Part shown: positions 1 through 9,644 of the stretch, piece after piece | Numbering within the stretch: position 1 is the first letter of the stretch | Layout of the letters: every line of letters starts with the position of its first letter | Origin: a virus | Length of the DNA: 64,000 bases | Direction: 5' to 3' (one strand) | IMG/VR virus record: IMGVR_UViG_3300005529_000030 | Span: 8,597-72,596 of that record | Translations under genes and position numbers: made by a program | Notes under the pieces: model-generated | What the model saw: only the letters and a program-made list of their open reading frames with translations | What the model was told of the DNA's origin: nothing | The model's database searches: none

Positions 1-345
1 ACCGCAATCGCCACGGCGGCAGGAAATACCGCTCTTTGGACTCCAACAGCCGGAAAGAAATTTCGTTTGATGCGATTGGTTTTTCAGCTTACTGGAAATG
101 CGGCGCAAGCCGCAGCAGGCATATTAACAATAGATTTACGAGACAATGTAACTTCAACAAATATCACTTTTAGTGCGTTTGTTCCGAGTACTGGCGGAAT
201 AACATTTACTGATGACCATTATACGTATCTTGACCTTGGTAATGGAATTTTATCGGCAGCGGCTAACAATGTTTTGAACATTAATCTTAGCGCCGCTCTT
301 ACATCAGGGCATGTTCGTATTATTGCAATGGGAACAGAGGAATAA
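1..345 (+). CDS. Virion-associated beta-rich protein, 5'-truncated by the window edge
   Basis: Frame is open from base 1 (TAIATAAGNTALWTPTAGKKFRL...); Ala/Thr/Gly-rich. Confidence 0.55.
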   Translation, partial: TAIATAAGNTALWTPTAGKKFRLMRLVFQLTGNAAQAAAGILTIDLRDNVTSTNITFSAFVPSTGGITFTDDHYTYLDLGNGILSAAANNVLNINLSAALTSGHVRIIAMGTEE

Positions 346-347
346 TA

Positions 348-620
348 ATGGCTACACATACATATGTAGTTAGTTCGGCTTCTTATGTTCCTTTGAACGA
401 CCCTAATGCGGACCCTCTAGTAACTATCGTGGGTACTGTAGACGGTGTGGATGTTACAGTTCAAATTTGGTTGAGTGCCATAAAACAGGCGGCGCAATCG
501 GGCGGTATGGCAGCCGTAAAAAATTTAATTGCGCCAATTATGTTAAATCAGGCACTTATTAATAATCCGCCTCCGCCGCAGCAGCCAGTTCAATTACCAA
601 CCGGAACTTTTGTTCAATAA
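348..620 (+). CDS. Hypothetical protein
   Basis: ORF with GAGG RBS, tightly packed in the operon. Confidence 0.6.
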   Translation: MATHTYVVSSASYVPLNDPNADPLVTIVGTVDGVDVTVQIWLSAIKQAAQSGGMAAVKNLIAPIMLNQALINNPPPPQQPVQLPTGTFVQ

Positions 621-632
621 AGAGGATTTATT

Positions 633-1013
633 ATGGCTATATCACAAGTGAATATGTCAACTCCAACGAATCAGTTTGTATTCACTGATTCCGTGATGGG
701 AAATTCTCCCGATGGAGTTAAAGCATCTAGTGCGGTTTTGTATGGGGTTCGCGCCGATAATTCGGCTAACGGAACTCCCGTTTATGTGAAATTGTATAAT
801 GCGACTTCAGGAAGCGTTGTTGTGGGCACTACTGCGCCCGATGAAATTATTTATGTCCCAGCCAACTCAGTTGTAACTCGTACATATTTTACTGGCGCTT
901 CGGTTGGAGTGACTTTTGCAACGGCCCTTACGGCGGCTTGTGTAACTTCGGGAGGAACGGCTGGAACTACATCGCCAGCCCTTTCCGTGTCCGTTTCTAT
1001 TACATACGCATAA
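633..1013 (+). CDS. Putative virion structural/decoration protein
   Basis: GAGGA RBS; small, Ser/Thr/Gly/Val-rich beta protein (VYVKLYN motif). Confidence 0.55.
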   Translation: MAISQVNMSTPTNQFVFTDSVMGNSPDGVKASSAVLYGVRADNSANGTPVYVKLYNATSGSVVVGTTAPDEIIYVPANSVVTRTYFTGASVGVTFATALTAACVTSGGTAGTTSPALSVSVSITYA

Positions 1014-1181
1014 TTATTCTTTCGGTTTAACCGAAGAAAATCAACTGTCTTTAAACATTGAGCACTTAGACAGTGTGCTTTAGATTATGCCCATTTAGGG
1101 CATTTTCTATTAAAGCGGCAGGGAGCGAACATCGTAACTCGAATATCGTAGCCTTGTTCGTATATAAAGGAGAAAAACAAA

Positions 1182-1817
1182 ATGGGTGTAATTAAATCGT
1201 ATCTTATTAACGGCGGCAACCCCGTAACTGTTGGCGGAGTAGGAACGGCGATTAAGTATTTCGCTAACGTTCCCGGCGCGGCCAATTGGAACAGCGGAGT
1301 CAGCGGAGTTAATGCTGGAGTGAGCGGAGCGCAGACTCAGGGTCAAACTCCAAGTTCTACCAGCAATGCCGGAGGTTTGCAGGTTCCGGGTAATAACGAG
1401 TTGAACGGCCAATTGTTCCGTGTTACGGCATCTGGAAATATTTTATTCGGTGCGGGCGAAGCTTCTACAACTGGTAAGGTTGGGTTGTATTTGAGCAACG
1501 TTGCAGCCGGAGTTGCTCCTAACTATCAGACAATTCTTGAAGAGACTATTACAAACCAGGCTCAGGACGGAGTTTTCTATCCTTGGACAATTGATGTCTA
1601 TATGCAGGGAGACACAAGTTCGGGCTTGTTGCAGTTCTACAAGAATGCGTGGAGCATGATTAACGGCACTGCCACATCGGCGGCTGCTGGTACCCCGATT
1701 AGCGGTATTAGTTTTGCAACCGACCCCGCTTTCGTATTGGTAGTAGGCGTTACATTCGGAGCATCAAACTCTGGAAATAGCGCAAATATGTACCAATTCC
1801 AAGTAAGTTTGCCATAA
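1182..1817 (+). CDS. Putative virion structural protein
   Basis: AAGGAG RBS; Gly/Ser/Asn-rich 211 aa. Confidence 0.6.
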   Translation: MGVIKSYLINGGNPVTVGGVGTAIKYFANVPGAANWNSGVSGVNAGVSGAQTQGQTPSSTSNAGGLQVPGNNELNGQLFRVTASGNILFGAGEASTTGKVGLYLSNVAAGVAPNYQTILEETITNQAQDGVFYPWTIDVYMQGDTSSGLLQFYKNAWSMINGTATSAAAGTPISGISFATDPAFVLVVGVTFGASNSGNSANMYQFQVSLP

Positions 1818-1825
1818 AAAGTTAG

Positions 1826-1872
1826 AGACTGACGGGGCGCACGGATGAAACGCGCCCCTCGTCATCTAGTCT
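1826..1872 (+). promoter_or_regulatory. GC-rich hairpin / possible pseudoknot
   Basis: GACGGGGCGC...GCGCCCCTCGTC stem; loop GGATGA is complementary to the downstream TCATCT. Confidence 0.45.
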
Positions 1873-1929
1873 GTGGAATCCAGAACAGGATGCGCGTGAT
1901 AGTCGCGCCAAATTAAACGGGACTTAATT

Positions 1930-2166
1930 ATGGCAGACGAACAGAAACAGTTACGCATAGACGTAACAAACGAAACGGCGTATAAGGTTGGGGTTGTTCA
2001 AATGTTGCAATTACTAGACGACCGAACAGCCTGTTTAGCCGAAATGAAAAAGAAAGTAGATAGGCACGAAACAATCGTTCAGGTTGGGAAATGGGCGTCT
2101 ATTCCAATTTTGGGGCTTTTTAATTTAGCAATTAAAAGCATACTTCATAAATTGGGTTGGGGATAA
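1930..2166 (+). CDS. Small coiled-coil protein with C-terminal hydrophobic segment (possible lysis accessory)
   Basis: Coiled coil followed by WASIPILGLFNLAI. Confidence 0.45.
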   Translation: MADEQKQLRIDVTNETAYKVGVVQMLQLLDDRTACLAEMKKKVDRHETIVQVGKWASIPILGLFNLAIKSILHKLGWG

Positions 2167-2175
2167 GGAGTGTTT

Positions 2176-2358
2176 ATGCCAGCGGTATCACGCGCACAGC
2201 AAGCGGCAATGGCCATTGCTGAACACGAACCAGAAAAATTATATGAACGAAATAAGGGGCTTTTAGAGATGTCTAAAAAGCAGTTGCACGATTTTGCGGC
2301 TACTTCTAGAAAGCATCTTCCTTCCTATGCTCATGCCAGAAAAAAGAGGAACGAATAA
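2176..2358 (+). CDS. DUF3008-like small protein
   Basis: MPAVSRAQQAAMAIA...MSKKQLHDFAAT..K.LP pattern; AAGGAG RBS. Confidence 0.6.
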   Translation: MPAVSRAQQAAMAIAEHEPEKLYERNKGLLEMSKKQLHDFAATSRKHLPSYAHARKKRNE

Positions 2359-2678
2359 TGGCGGAAAAAAGTTGGCTGAAAAAGATTTCTGCCTTAAAAA
2401 GATTAATTTCTGAAGTAGGTCCTTTGTGGCCTAAAAGCACTCGTCTTTCTGGCTATGCCGAAAGCGGACCCTATCATTGCGAAGATTGCGTTTATTTGAA
2501 AGGAAAGAAAGAAGGCGAAATTTTTGTGGATAAAGAGGGCCAAGGGCGCTGTATGCACCCCGTTGTTATAGCCGACCGAGAAACTAAAAAGGATAAGAAT
2601 TTTCTTCCTATCGTTAATATACAAAAAGGCTGTTGTGAATTTGTGGAGCCGCCCGAAGATGAGGAAGAATCGGAGTAA
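2358..2678 (+). CDS. Cys-rich putative metal-binding protein
   Basis: CEDC...GRC...CCEF. Confidence 0.55.
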   Translation: MAEKSWLKKISALKRLISEVGPLWPKSTRLSGYAESGPYHCEDCVYLKGKKEGEIFVDKEGQGRCMHPVVIADRETKKDKNFLPIVNIQKGCCEFVEPPEDEEESE

Positions 2679-2683
2679 TTTAT

Positions 2684-2923
2684 ATGCATGCTAAACATGG
2701 ATTTACAAGAACTACCATAGAACATCATGCGGACGGCAGTTCGACGATAGTACATGAACGCCACGATGGTGAGAAGAAAACTCATGCGGTAGCAGATTTG
2801 GATGGAGTGCACGACTCTTTGGAAGACCATCTAAGAGTTCCCGGCGATGAGGAAGAAGCAATGGAAGAAAAAATCCATCCGGGAATTCATGAAGAGATAA
2901 AAGAAGGTTTAAAACATGGCTAA
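2684..2923 (+). CDS. His-rich small protein (paralogue 1)
   Basis: HGFTRTTIEHHADGS...HAVADLDGVHDSLEDHL. Confidence 0.65.
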   Translation: MHAKHGFTRTTIEHHADGSSTIVHERHDGEKKTHAVADLDGVHDSLEDHLRVPGDEEEAMEEKIHPGIHEEIKEGLKHG

Positions 2924-3206
2924 GAAAAAACACGCTGGCCACGGCTATCATCGTACTCATATTGAGCATCACCATGATGGCTCTGCTACGGTTCATCATG
3001 TGCATGAAGACGGCCCAGAGCACGACAGAAAGCACGCAGTGGCTAATTTAGACAAAATACACGACAGTATTCAAGACCATTTGGGGCAACCGAATCCAGG
3101 GGAAGCGGAAGCCGACATGGGAAACCACGGCATTCCTGCGGAGCAAGCAACCGCAGCCGGAGTTCCTGTTGTGCCGTCCCAAACGCCTCAAATGCCCGGA
3201 GCATAA
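2916..3206 (+). CDS. His-rich small protein (paralogue 2)
   Basis: HGYHRTHIEHHHDGS...HAVANLDKIHDSIQDHL. Confidence 0.65.
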   Translation: MAKKKHAGHGYHRTHIEHHHDGSATVHHVHEDGPEHDRKHAVANLDKIHDSIQDHLGQPNPGEAEADMGNHGIPAEQATAAGVPVVPSQTPQMPGA

Positions 3207-3208
3207 TC

Positions 3209-3409
3209 ATGGCAGATAAAGTTAAAAATCCTTCGTTGTACAGAGCAATGCATCATCTTCGTAAAGGTGGATTGCACAGAGCGTTGCACGTTCCCGAAGG
3301 CGAACCGATTCCTGAGTCTAAACTAGAGGCGGCAACGCATTCGGAAAACGAGCACGTTCGGCACATGGCCAACTTTGCTAAAACAATGAAGGGGTTTAAA
3401 AAGGGATAA
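3209..3409 (+). CDS. Small basic phage protein
   Basis: KGGLHRALHVPEGEPIP..KL..A...ANFAKTMKGF pattern, typical of small head-module genes. Confidence 0.6.
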   Translation: MADKVKNPSLYRAMHHLRKGGLHRALHVPEGEPIPESKLEAATHSENEHVRHMANFAKTMKGFKKG

Positions 3410-3411
3410 GC

Positions 3412-3672
3412 ATGTTTGAAAAATTAAAGATTGGATTTGTTGCATTAACCAATAGAAGCCTAGTGGCTCCAATTTTTAATTTGTTTTCTGGCCGATGCAC
3501 TTTTTTTGCGATTGTTTTTACTGTGGTAGGAATCAAGCTCGCTTTAATTGGTAAATTAGATGCAAACTATGCTTTATTTGTAGGCGCAATTCAGTCATTG
3601 TTGGTTTTGCATTCATGGAAAGAGGATATTGCGGAACAAAACGAAATTAAACGTATGAAAAATTCATCCTAG
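3412..3672 (+). CDS. Putative holin-like membrane protein
   Basis: Two hydrophobic segments and a charged C-terminus. Confidence 0.45.
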   Translation: MFEKLKIGFVALTNRSLVAPIFNLFSGRCTFFAIVFTVVGIKLALIGKLDANYALFVGAIQSLLVLHSWKEDIAEQNEIKRMKNSS

Positions 3673-3680
3673 AGGCAGAG

Positions 3681-3869
3681 ATGTGTAATGAGGAAGCCCT
3701 TAAAAAAGTTATAGGTATTTTGATGTCTCAACTCGAAGAAGAGCGTCAATTAAGGGAAGACCTCGTAAAGTTCTTGATAACGGGAAAATTTTTCATATCA
3801 TCAAGAAAAATCATTTCTGAAAAAGATATAGAAAATAAAATTTTGGAGTTGTCGGGAGTCGGGTCGTAA
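3681..3869 (+). CDS. Hypothetical protein
   Basis: GAGG RBS; fills the operon gap. Confidence 0.5.
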   Translation: MCNEEALKKVIGILMSQLEEERQLREDLVKFLITGKFFISSRKIISEKDIENKILELSGVGS

Positions 3870-4475
3870 ATGGAAAAGACTGTAGCTTTCATAGTTCGTC
3901 ATGGGTCAACCCGTCTTAACGATGAAAACAAATACAGAGGCCAATTGGATGTTCCATTAGACGAACGTGGAAAAAGAGAAGCTAAGGAAGTTGCAGAGTT
4001 TCTGAAAAATCAACCAATAGGACAAGCTTGGACTAGTGATTTAAGACGGGCAAAAGATACGGCAAAAGAAATTCTAAAGGGCCGAGGTTTAAAAGCTATT
4101 CCTACGGAAAAATTGCGACCTTTGGATTCGGGAAAATTTGCGGGAAAGAGCAAAGACGAATATAAAGAACAGATGGAATATTATCACGAACATCCAGAAG
4201 AGAAAATTCCCGGCGGCGAATCTATTAATGGGGCCAATAATAGGATGAGAAAACCTCTTCTTAAAGCATTTCGCGCGGGATTAAGAGGAAAGCCTAGTCT
4301 TGTTTCGGCACATGCTAGTGTGATACACAGCGCGGGGCACTTGTTGCATAATAACCACAAAGCGGCTTTGGTGAAACCTGGAGGAGCCGTAAAAGTTATT
4401 TATGATGGAGAGAAATTTAAAGCTCGCCCCATATTTAAAGCTAAGATGGAAGATGAGAAACATTATGCATCTTAA
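3870..4475 (+). CDS. Histidine phosphatase superfamily (PGAM-like) protein
   Basis: VRHGST, SDLRRAKDTA, PGGES and VSAH motifs. Confidence 0.85.
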   Translation: MEKTVAFIVRHGSTRLNDENKYRGQLDVPLDERGKREAKEVAEFLKNQPIGQAWTSDLRRAKDTAKEILKGRGLKAIPTEKLRPLDSGKFAGKSKDEYKEQMEYYHEHPEEKIPGGESINGANNRMRKPLLKAFRAGLRGKPSLVSAHASVIHSAGHLLHNNHKAALVKPGGAVKVIYDGEKFKARPIFKAKMEDEKHYAS

Positions 4476-4486
4476 AGAGGTGACAC

Positions 4487-4744
4487 ATGGCAGCTCTCGA
4501 TAATATAGCATCAAAATTGATGGAAGCAAAAGAAACTCTAAGAAAGGCAAAAGAGTGGGCACCGCCATTGAAGATTGGCACACCGATGGCTCCTAGTGTT
4601 CATCCTAGCTATGCCAACGCGGCCTATTCGGCTGTGAAAGACGCGGCAAGAAAAGCCCTGTCTTCACCGCAAACAGAAAAAGAAGCTAAAGACATAGCAT
4701 CAGGAATAAATTGGAGATTGCAACAGCAAAAATCGGTGAAGTAG
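4487..4744 (+). CDS. Hypothetical protein
   Basis: GAGGTG RBS. Confidence 0.55.
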   Translation: MAALDNIASKLMEAKETLRKAKEWAPPLKIGTPMAPSVHPSYANAAYSAVKDAARKALSSPQTEKEAKDIASGINWRLQQQKSVK

Positions 4745-4756
4745 AGAAGGTAAACA

Positions 4757-7525
4757 ATGCCTTTGGCGGGATTAGAAAAAGGTAAAAATAATTTTATTAA
4801 TAAGCGTATAAACGACCAAAAAAGTTTTTGGCCAGGATACGTTAAAAAATGGGATGAAGAAAACGGCGGAAAAAGATTTCGTTCAGAGATAATGTCTTTG
4901 TCGGAACTTTGGAAGCTTTATTTGACGGGAGTTAGTACGGAGCTTTCAGCGGAAGAAGAAGCTCGTGGTAAAAAACCCGACAAGATAGACAGAATAAGTC
5001 AAGTTGTTCCTATAAAAGCATTTGAGTTACCGGGCCGATTTCACGAGCCATACATAACCGAAGACGGGACTAGAATTCACAAGGAAGGTTGGGGATACCT
5101 TCATTTCGACCAATGGTTATATGCGCGAGACCAAGCCAGAAAGGATTTGTTTTGGCTGTGTAAAGAAGTCTTCAGTATGGACTTGTATGAAGATGTACAT
5201 AGGGTTGTATGCAATCAGTTTGTGAGTAAAAATTTCGACGGTGTTTATGAAGAAAATTACTCTCTAAGGGACTTTCATCGCGCTTTGTCTAATCAGAGTC
5301 GCGTTCCTACGATTTGGGCGGAAACGAAGCCATATGTGAATGGATATTTTCCTGAAAAAACTCTTGACGATTATGGAAATTATATAAGAGACCCAATAGA
5401 AGAAACGAAACAAACAAATTTTGCTAAAACGATGATTCTTTTAGACCCTCGTGGGTTTTTTAAATCATCTATAGACGTTGCTGATTGTATTCAGTGGATT
5501 ATTAATTGCCCCGACATAAGAATTTTGATTGTTAGCGGAGTTAATAAACTAGCGGCTCAATTTATGGTGGGCGTTAAGCAAGGGCCGAAAGGAAAGTCAT
5601 TCTATCTTCCGAGAGGGGTTCCGCCGTCTCCGTTTCATTATTTATTTCCTGAATTTGTAGTTCGCGGAGTGGATGGAACTTCAAAAGAAGATTTCCGCGT
5701 TAACGAAAATATAAAAAAACATCTAAGTTTGGACCCAACTCTCGGAATTATTTCAGTGGGTTCGTCTTTATCGGGTTTTCACTGCGACGTTTTGAAGTTT
5801 GACGATATAGTTACAGACGATAACTGTCTAACAGAAGATGCGCGAGAAGCCATTCTTTTGAAAGCAGACGGCGCGGTCAATTTGTTAATGGATTGGGGTT
5901 GGCACGATATTATCGGAACTAGATATTATCCCGATGATTATTACGGCCAAACAGAGGCAACTCACAAGAAAGACCCTGAGATGTTCAATCTTAAATTCTT
6001 TCAAAGGGCCTGTTGGACCGTCAAGGAAGAGTTTAAGGACGTAGAAGCTAGAAGTTTATATGACCTTACGGAAGATATGGTCACGTTGACTTTTCCTCAG
6101 AAGCACCCTAAAGGTCCGCATTATTCTTGGTTGGAGCTAAGAGCCAAACTTAAGAATGAAAAAAGTTTTAGATGTTTTCCTGCTGGGTCAAAAGTTCTCA
6201 TGGGTGATTGGACTGAGAAAGCAATAGAGGATATTAGGCCCGGTGACGAAATAATAGGTTTTGATAGCGGCTTAAAGAAGGCTGTTGTTACTCATGTTCA
6301 CGAGAAGCGAGATTTAGTTTCCAAGTTTCTAACAGAACAGGGGCGTACTATCTTCTCGACAAGAGACCATAAATTTCTTCGACCTAATACAGGAAAAAAG
6401 AAAGTTTATGGACCTTTGAAAATAGGAACTAAAGTTGTTTCTGTTTATAGCCCGTCAGGAGAATTGCTTTCCAAACAATGCAGTCGAGATATGGATTGGC
6501 TTAGAGGCGGCTCATCTATAGATAAAATTATTTCTATAGAAGATTTGAACGAGCAGCCTGTTTACACTCTCACGACAACTACAGGAAATTATGTTTGCCA
6601 AGGTTTTGCTGTGGCTAATTGTCAGCAGCTTAATCAGCCTGTTTGGGGCGAAGAATCCACAATTAGTTTCGACAGGCCGTTATTGGAATCTAGGAAAACT
6701 AAAACTTTATCGGAAGTTTTGTCTGTGCCCGGATATGTTTACGGCGCCATTGATTTGGCAAAAGAGAATAAACAGTTTTCCGATTATACCGCTCTAGCTA
6801 TAGGAAAAGTGTACCAAGAAGGAGTCGGTATAATTCGTCCGGATGAAAACGGTAATCTTCCAGAAAGACCCGACGGAAAATGGGTCATGGTCATATTGGA
6901 CGTGGAATTCGGAAAGTGGTCTCAAACTGAGATAGCTAACCGAATTGCTAAAATGAACGATAAATGGCGACCTAAAAGATGGTACGGAGAAGACCTTGGC
7001 GGATTGCAGACCTTCAAAGAAAAAATAATAGAAGTGTCAAAAACAACTTATGGTCATTGGCCGTATATTCCGTGGGTTACACCCGATAACAACGAAAATT
7101 CAAAGAGAAATAGAATTAAGGGCGTTGAAATTCTTCTTAGAGCGTCAAGACTATATTTTCTAATTGCGCCTTGGAATGTGGATGTTTTTGAACAGCTTGA
7201 AAATTACAAAGGTCAAAAAAGCACTCGTTATTCTAAAGACGATGTGCCCGATGTAATTTCCCTTCTAACGAAGTTTATTCCGTCTTTGGTCCCTCTATCG
7301 AAAAGAGAGATGGAGCAAGTGGCAATTCAAAGAGAGACGGAATACAAAGAATTGCTTAGAAGAGAAATAAAGAAAGTTGTTTTCGGGGACGACGGCGGGG
7401 GTTTCGGAGTGAATAATATTAATAGAATATGGACAGAAGTGGAGTCTCCCAAAGAAGACACTAATCGGGGTCCGATGGCGGACATTAGCCGAAAATTTTT
7501 CGGCGGTAATGGAATGCGAGCATGA
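4757..7525 (+). CDS. terL: Terminase large subunit with mini-intein
   Basis: Walker A-like PRGFFKSS, Walker B LKFDD, IIGTRY coupling motif, RNase H-like AIDLA...SDYTA...KDDVPD; lies upstream of the portal. Confidence 0.9.
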   Translation: MPLAGLEKGKNNFINKRINDQKSFWPGYVKKWDEENGGKRFRSEIMSLSELWKLYLTGVSTELSAEEEARGKKPDKIDRISQVVPIKAFELPGRFHEPYITEDGTRIHKEGWGYLHFDQWLYARDQARKDLFWLCKEVFSMDLYEDVHRVVCNQFVSKNFDGVYEENYSLRDFHRALSNQSRVPTIWAETKPYVNGYFPEKTLDDYGNYIRDPIEETKQTNFAKTMILLDPRGFFKSSIDVADCIQWIINCPDIRILIVSGVNKLAAQFMVGVKQGPKGKSFYLPRGVPPSPFHYLFPEFVVRGVDGTSKEDFRVNENIKKHLSLDPTLGIISVGSSLSGFHCDVLKFDDIVTDDNCLTEDAREAILLKADGAVNLLMDWGWHDIIGTRYYPDDYYGQTEATHKKDPEMFNLKFFQRACWTVKEEFKDVEARSLYDLTEDMVTLTFPQKHPKGPHYSWLELRAKLKNEKSFRCFPAGSKVLMGDWTEKAIEDIRPGDEIIGFDSGLKKAVVTHVHEKRDLVSKFLTEQGRTIFSTRDHKFLRPNTGKKKVYGPLKIGTKVVSVYSPSGELLSKQCSRDMDWLRGGSSIDKIISIEDLNEQPVYTLTTTTGNYVCQGFAVANCQQLNQPVWGEESTISFDRPLLESRKTKTLSEVLSVPGYVYGAIDLAKENKQFSDYTALAIGKVYQEGVGIIRPDENGNLPERPDGKWVMVILDVEFGKWSQTEIANRIAKMNDKWRPKRWYGEDLGGLQTFKEKIIEVSKTTYGHWPYIPWVTPDNNENSKRNRIKGVEILLRASRLYFLIAPWNVDVFEQLENYKGQKSTRYSKDDVPDVISLLTKFIPSLVPLSKREMEQVAIQRETEYKELLRREIKKVVFGDDGGGFGVNNINRIWTEVESPKEDTNRGPMADISRKFFGGNGMRA
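6173..6619 (+). mobile_element. 149-aa mini-intein in TerL (no endonuclease)
   Basis: FR|CFPAGSKVLMGD...TRDHKF...VYTLTT..GNY...AVAN|CQQ. Confidence 0.85.
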
Positions 7526-9630
7526 CAGAACCGTTAAACGAGCACGCGCATAATGTATTAGAACAAAGAGTGATTACACCTGTAGCAGATATTACTTCTG
7601 CGGAAATACACAAAGATAAAGAAACAGGAACGTATCAGTTTTCAGATAGGGCCGCATTAAAATTGGTTCTAGATGATGCTTCTTTGGCTGATAATTATGC
7701 GAATATCAATCAGTGGGCATCGCAATGGGCGCAATCATTAATTCTCCTTCAGAGTCCGCAATCAGCGGCGGCTTTCGATGGAGTATTTATGAGTTCCGTT
7801 CCGAAGTTTACTCTATCGAATCATATAAGCAGTATTGTGCCTAAAATTATGGAGGGTTTGTTTTATGAAGACCCTCCTTTTTTACTTAGACCCAGACCAG
7901 GAACTAAACAGGAACTAGTAAGAGCTAAAACTGCCTTATTTTCCGCCCAATTGTGGGACATGAAGTTTGAGGAAGAGGTTGAGGCGGGTTTAGAGCAAAT
8001 GGCCCTATTCGGAACTTGCATATTTAAATGGGGATATTTAGAGCGAGATGACACTGTTAAAAAATACAGGAGAAAATCGGAAAAAGTTCCCCTTACTAGT
8101 GGTTTATTAAATGATTTAATTGATACTCCAGATAGTGACGATTATGAGATATTGACCGAGGTCGTTAAGATAAGTCGCCCATGGTTTAAATGTACTGACA
8201 TTCGTACAGTTTTGGTTGACCCCGGCTGTCGTGTTGGAGATATACGAAAGGCGAAGTGGGTAATTTATCGTGACTACGCCACATTTGATGATTTAAATGC
8301 TCTTAGAGAAGTTCCCGGCTACGACATCCCCGATGAAGAAGCTTTGAAATCATTCTTTCTATCGAATGAAATGTCGGGGCCGGATAATATTACCATGACA
8401 ATTCCAGAAGGCATGCGTGGATATTTACAGCAAGCCTTGCCTAGGAATTTCAGAACTTCTGCCGACCATTTACAGAACCCAATGGAAATTTTAGAGCGTT
8501 GGGATGCTGATAAAGTTATTGTCGTATTGTCATTCGGCGGAAAAAATATTCTTATCCGAAACGAGCCTAATCCTTACGGAAAAATTCCGTTTTATAGTGC
8601 AAATTGGCGTAATTTAGTTGATTCTTTTTACGGTCAGGGATTGGGACAATTAATAGGAGCCGAGCAAGTTGTAGAACAGGGTGTGACAAATCTTTCTCTT
8701 GATTTACTAGCTTATGGTTTGCAGCCAACGGCGGTTAGAAAGAAAGGGTTCAATGTTCCTACCCAAATGGTTAGATGGAAGCAGGGTGGAATTATTGACG
8801 TTGATGACGACGTAGATAAAGCATTTAAGTTCTTGCAAATGCCGAATGTCCCTGGTGAGGCTTGGGCATTTATTCAGCAAGCTCAGGGTACCGCTCAACA
8901 AACATCGGGCGCAAACGAACAGGTTATGATGGGCGCAGGCAGCGCAGGAATTAAAACAACAGGAATGCGTACTGCGACAGGAGCTTCGGCCATCATTCAG
9001 GCTAATGCGTCTAGATTGGATGGTCCTAGCGGTCGTTTTGTAAGACAAGTATTTGTTCCTTGGTTGTATCAGATGGATGAACTTAATAATGACCTTCTTC
9101 CTACGTCTGTTTTAAGAAGAGTTTTAGGCGAAGAGTTGGGCAATGAATACATGGTTGACCATGTAGAATTTAGAAACGCTAGATTTGAATATGAAGTTTT
9201 GGCTGGCGGTCATTTGGGGGCTAAAAAAGAAATGGCCCAATTTTTGCCGATTGTCGTTCAGCTTTTGAACAATCCTACATTTGTGAAAAACGTAAACGAT
9301 GCGGGTTATCAATTTAATGCGGCGGCAATCTTTAAGGCTTTTGCTGATGCGGCAGGATGGAAGTTTAGTCAGGACTTCTTAGAAAAGATGACGCCGGAGC
9401 AACAGCAGAAATATGAAGCAAATTCTCCTGCTGCTTTGCAAGTAGCACAAGCGCAGATAGCGCAACAATTACAGACTCAGAAATTTGAGCAAGAAAAAGA
9501 ACTAGAAGACCAACGTCAGCTTGGCAAGGCGGGAGCCGAAGTTCTTCGTCAAGCCACCGAACACAGTCTTCAAAGTGAAATAGGCAGAGAACCGCCGCCG
9601 GGGAGCTACGGTTTTGAAACAGCACTTTAA
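7522..9630 (+). CDS. Portal protein
   Basis: 702 aa after TerL; P22/N4-like portal features (NPYGKIPF, FYGQG, RTATGAS); Gln-rich C-terminal barrel. Confidence 0.85.
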   Translation: MTEPLNEHAHNVLEQRVITPVADITSAEIHKDKETGTYQFSDRAALKLVLDDASLADNYANINQWASQWAQSLILLQSPQSAAAFDGVFMSSVPKFTLSNHISSIVPKIMEGLFYEDPPFLLRPRPGTKQELVRAKTALFSAQLWDMKFEEEVEAGLEQMALFGTCIFKWGYLERDDTVKKYRRKSEKVPLTSGLLNDLIDTPDSDDYEILTEVVKISRPWFKCTDIRTVLVDPGCRVGDIRKAKWVIYRDYATFDDLNALREVPGYDIPDEEALKSFFLSNEMSGPDNITMTIPEGMRGYLQQALPRNFRTSADHLQNPMEILERWDADKVIVVLSFGGKNILIRNEPNPYGKIPFYSANWRNLVDSFYGQGLGQLIGAEQVVEQGVTNLSLDLLAYGLQPTAVRKKGFNVPTQMVRWKQGGIIDVDDDVDKAFKFLQMPNVPGEAWAFIQQAQGTAQQTSGANEQVMMGAGSAGIKTTGMRTATGASAIIQANASRLDGPSGRFVRQVFVPWLYQMDELNNDLLPTSVLRRVLGEELGNEYMVDHVEFRNARFEYEVLAGGHLGAKKEMAQFLPIVVQLLNNPTFVKNVNDAGYQFNAAAIFKAFADAAGWKFSQDFLEKMTPEQQQKYEANSPAALQVAQAQIAQQLQTQKFEQEKELEDQRQLGKAGAEVLRQATEHSLQSEIGREPPPGSYGFETAL

Positions 9631-9644
9631 AAAAGGATTAAACA

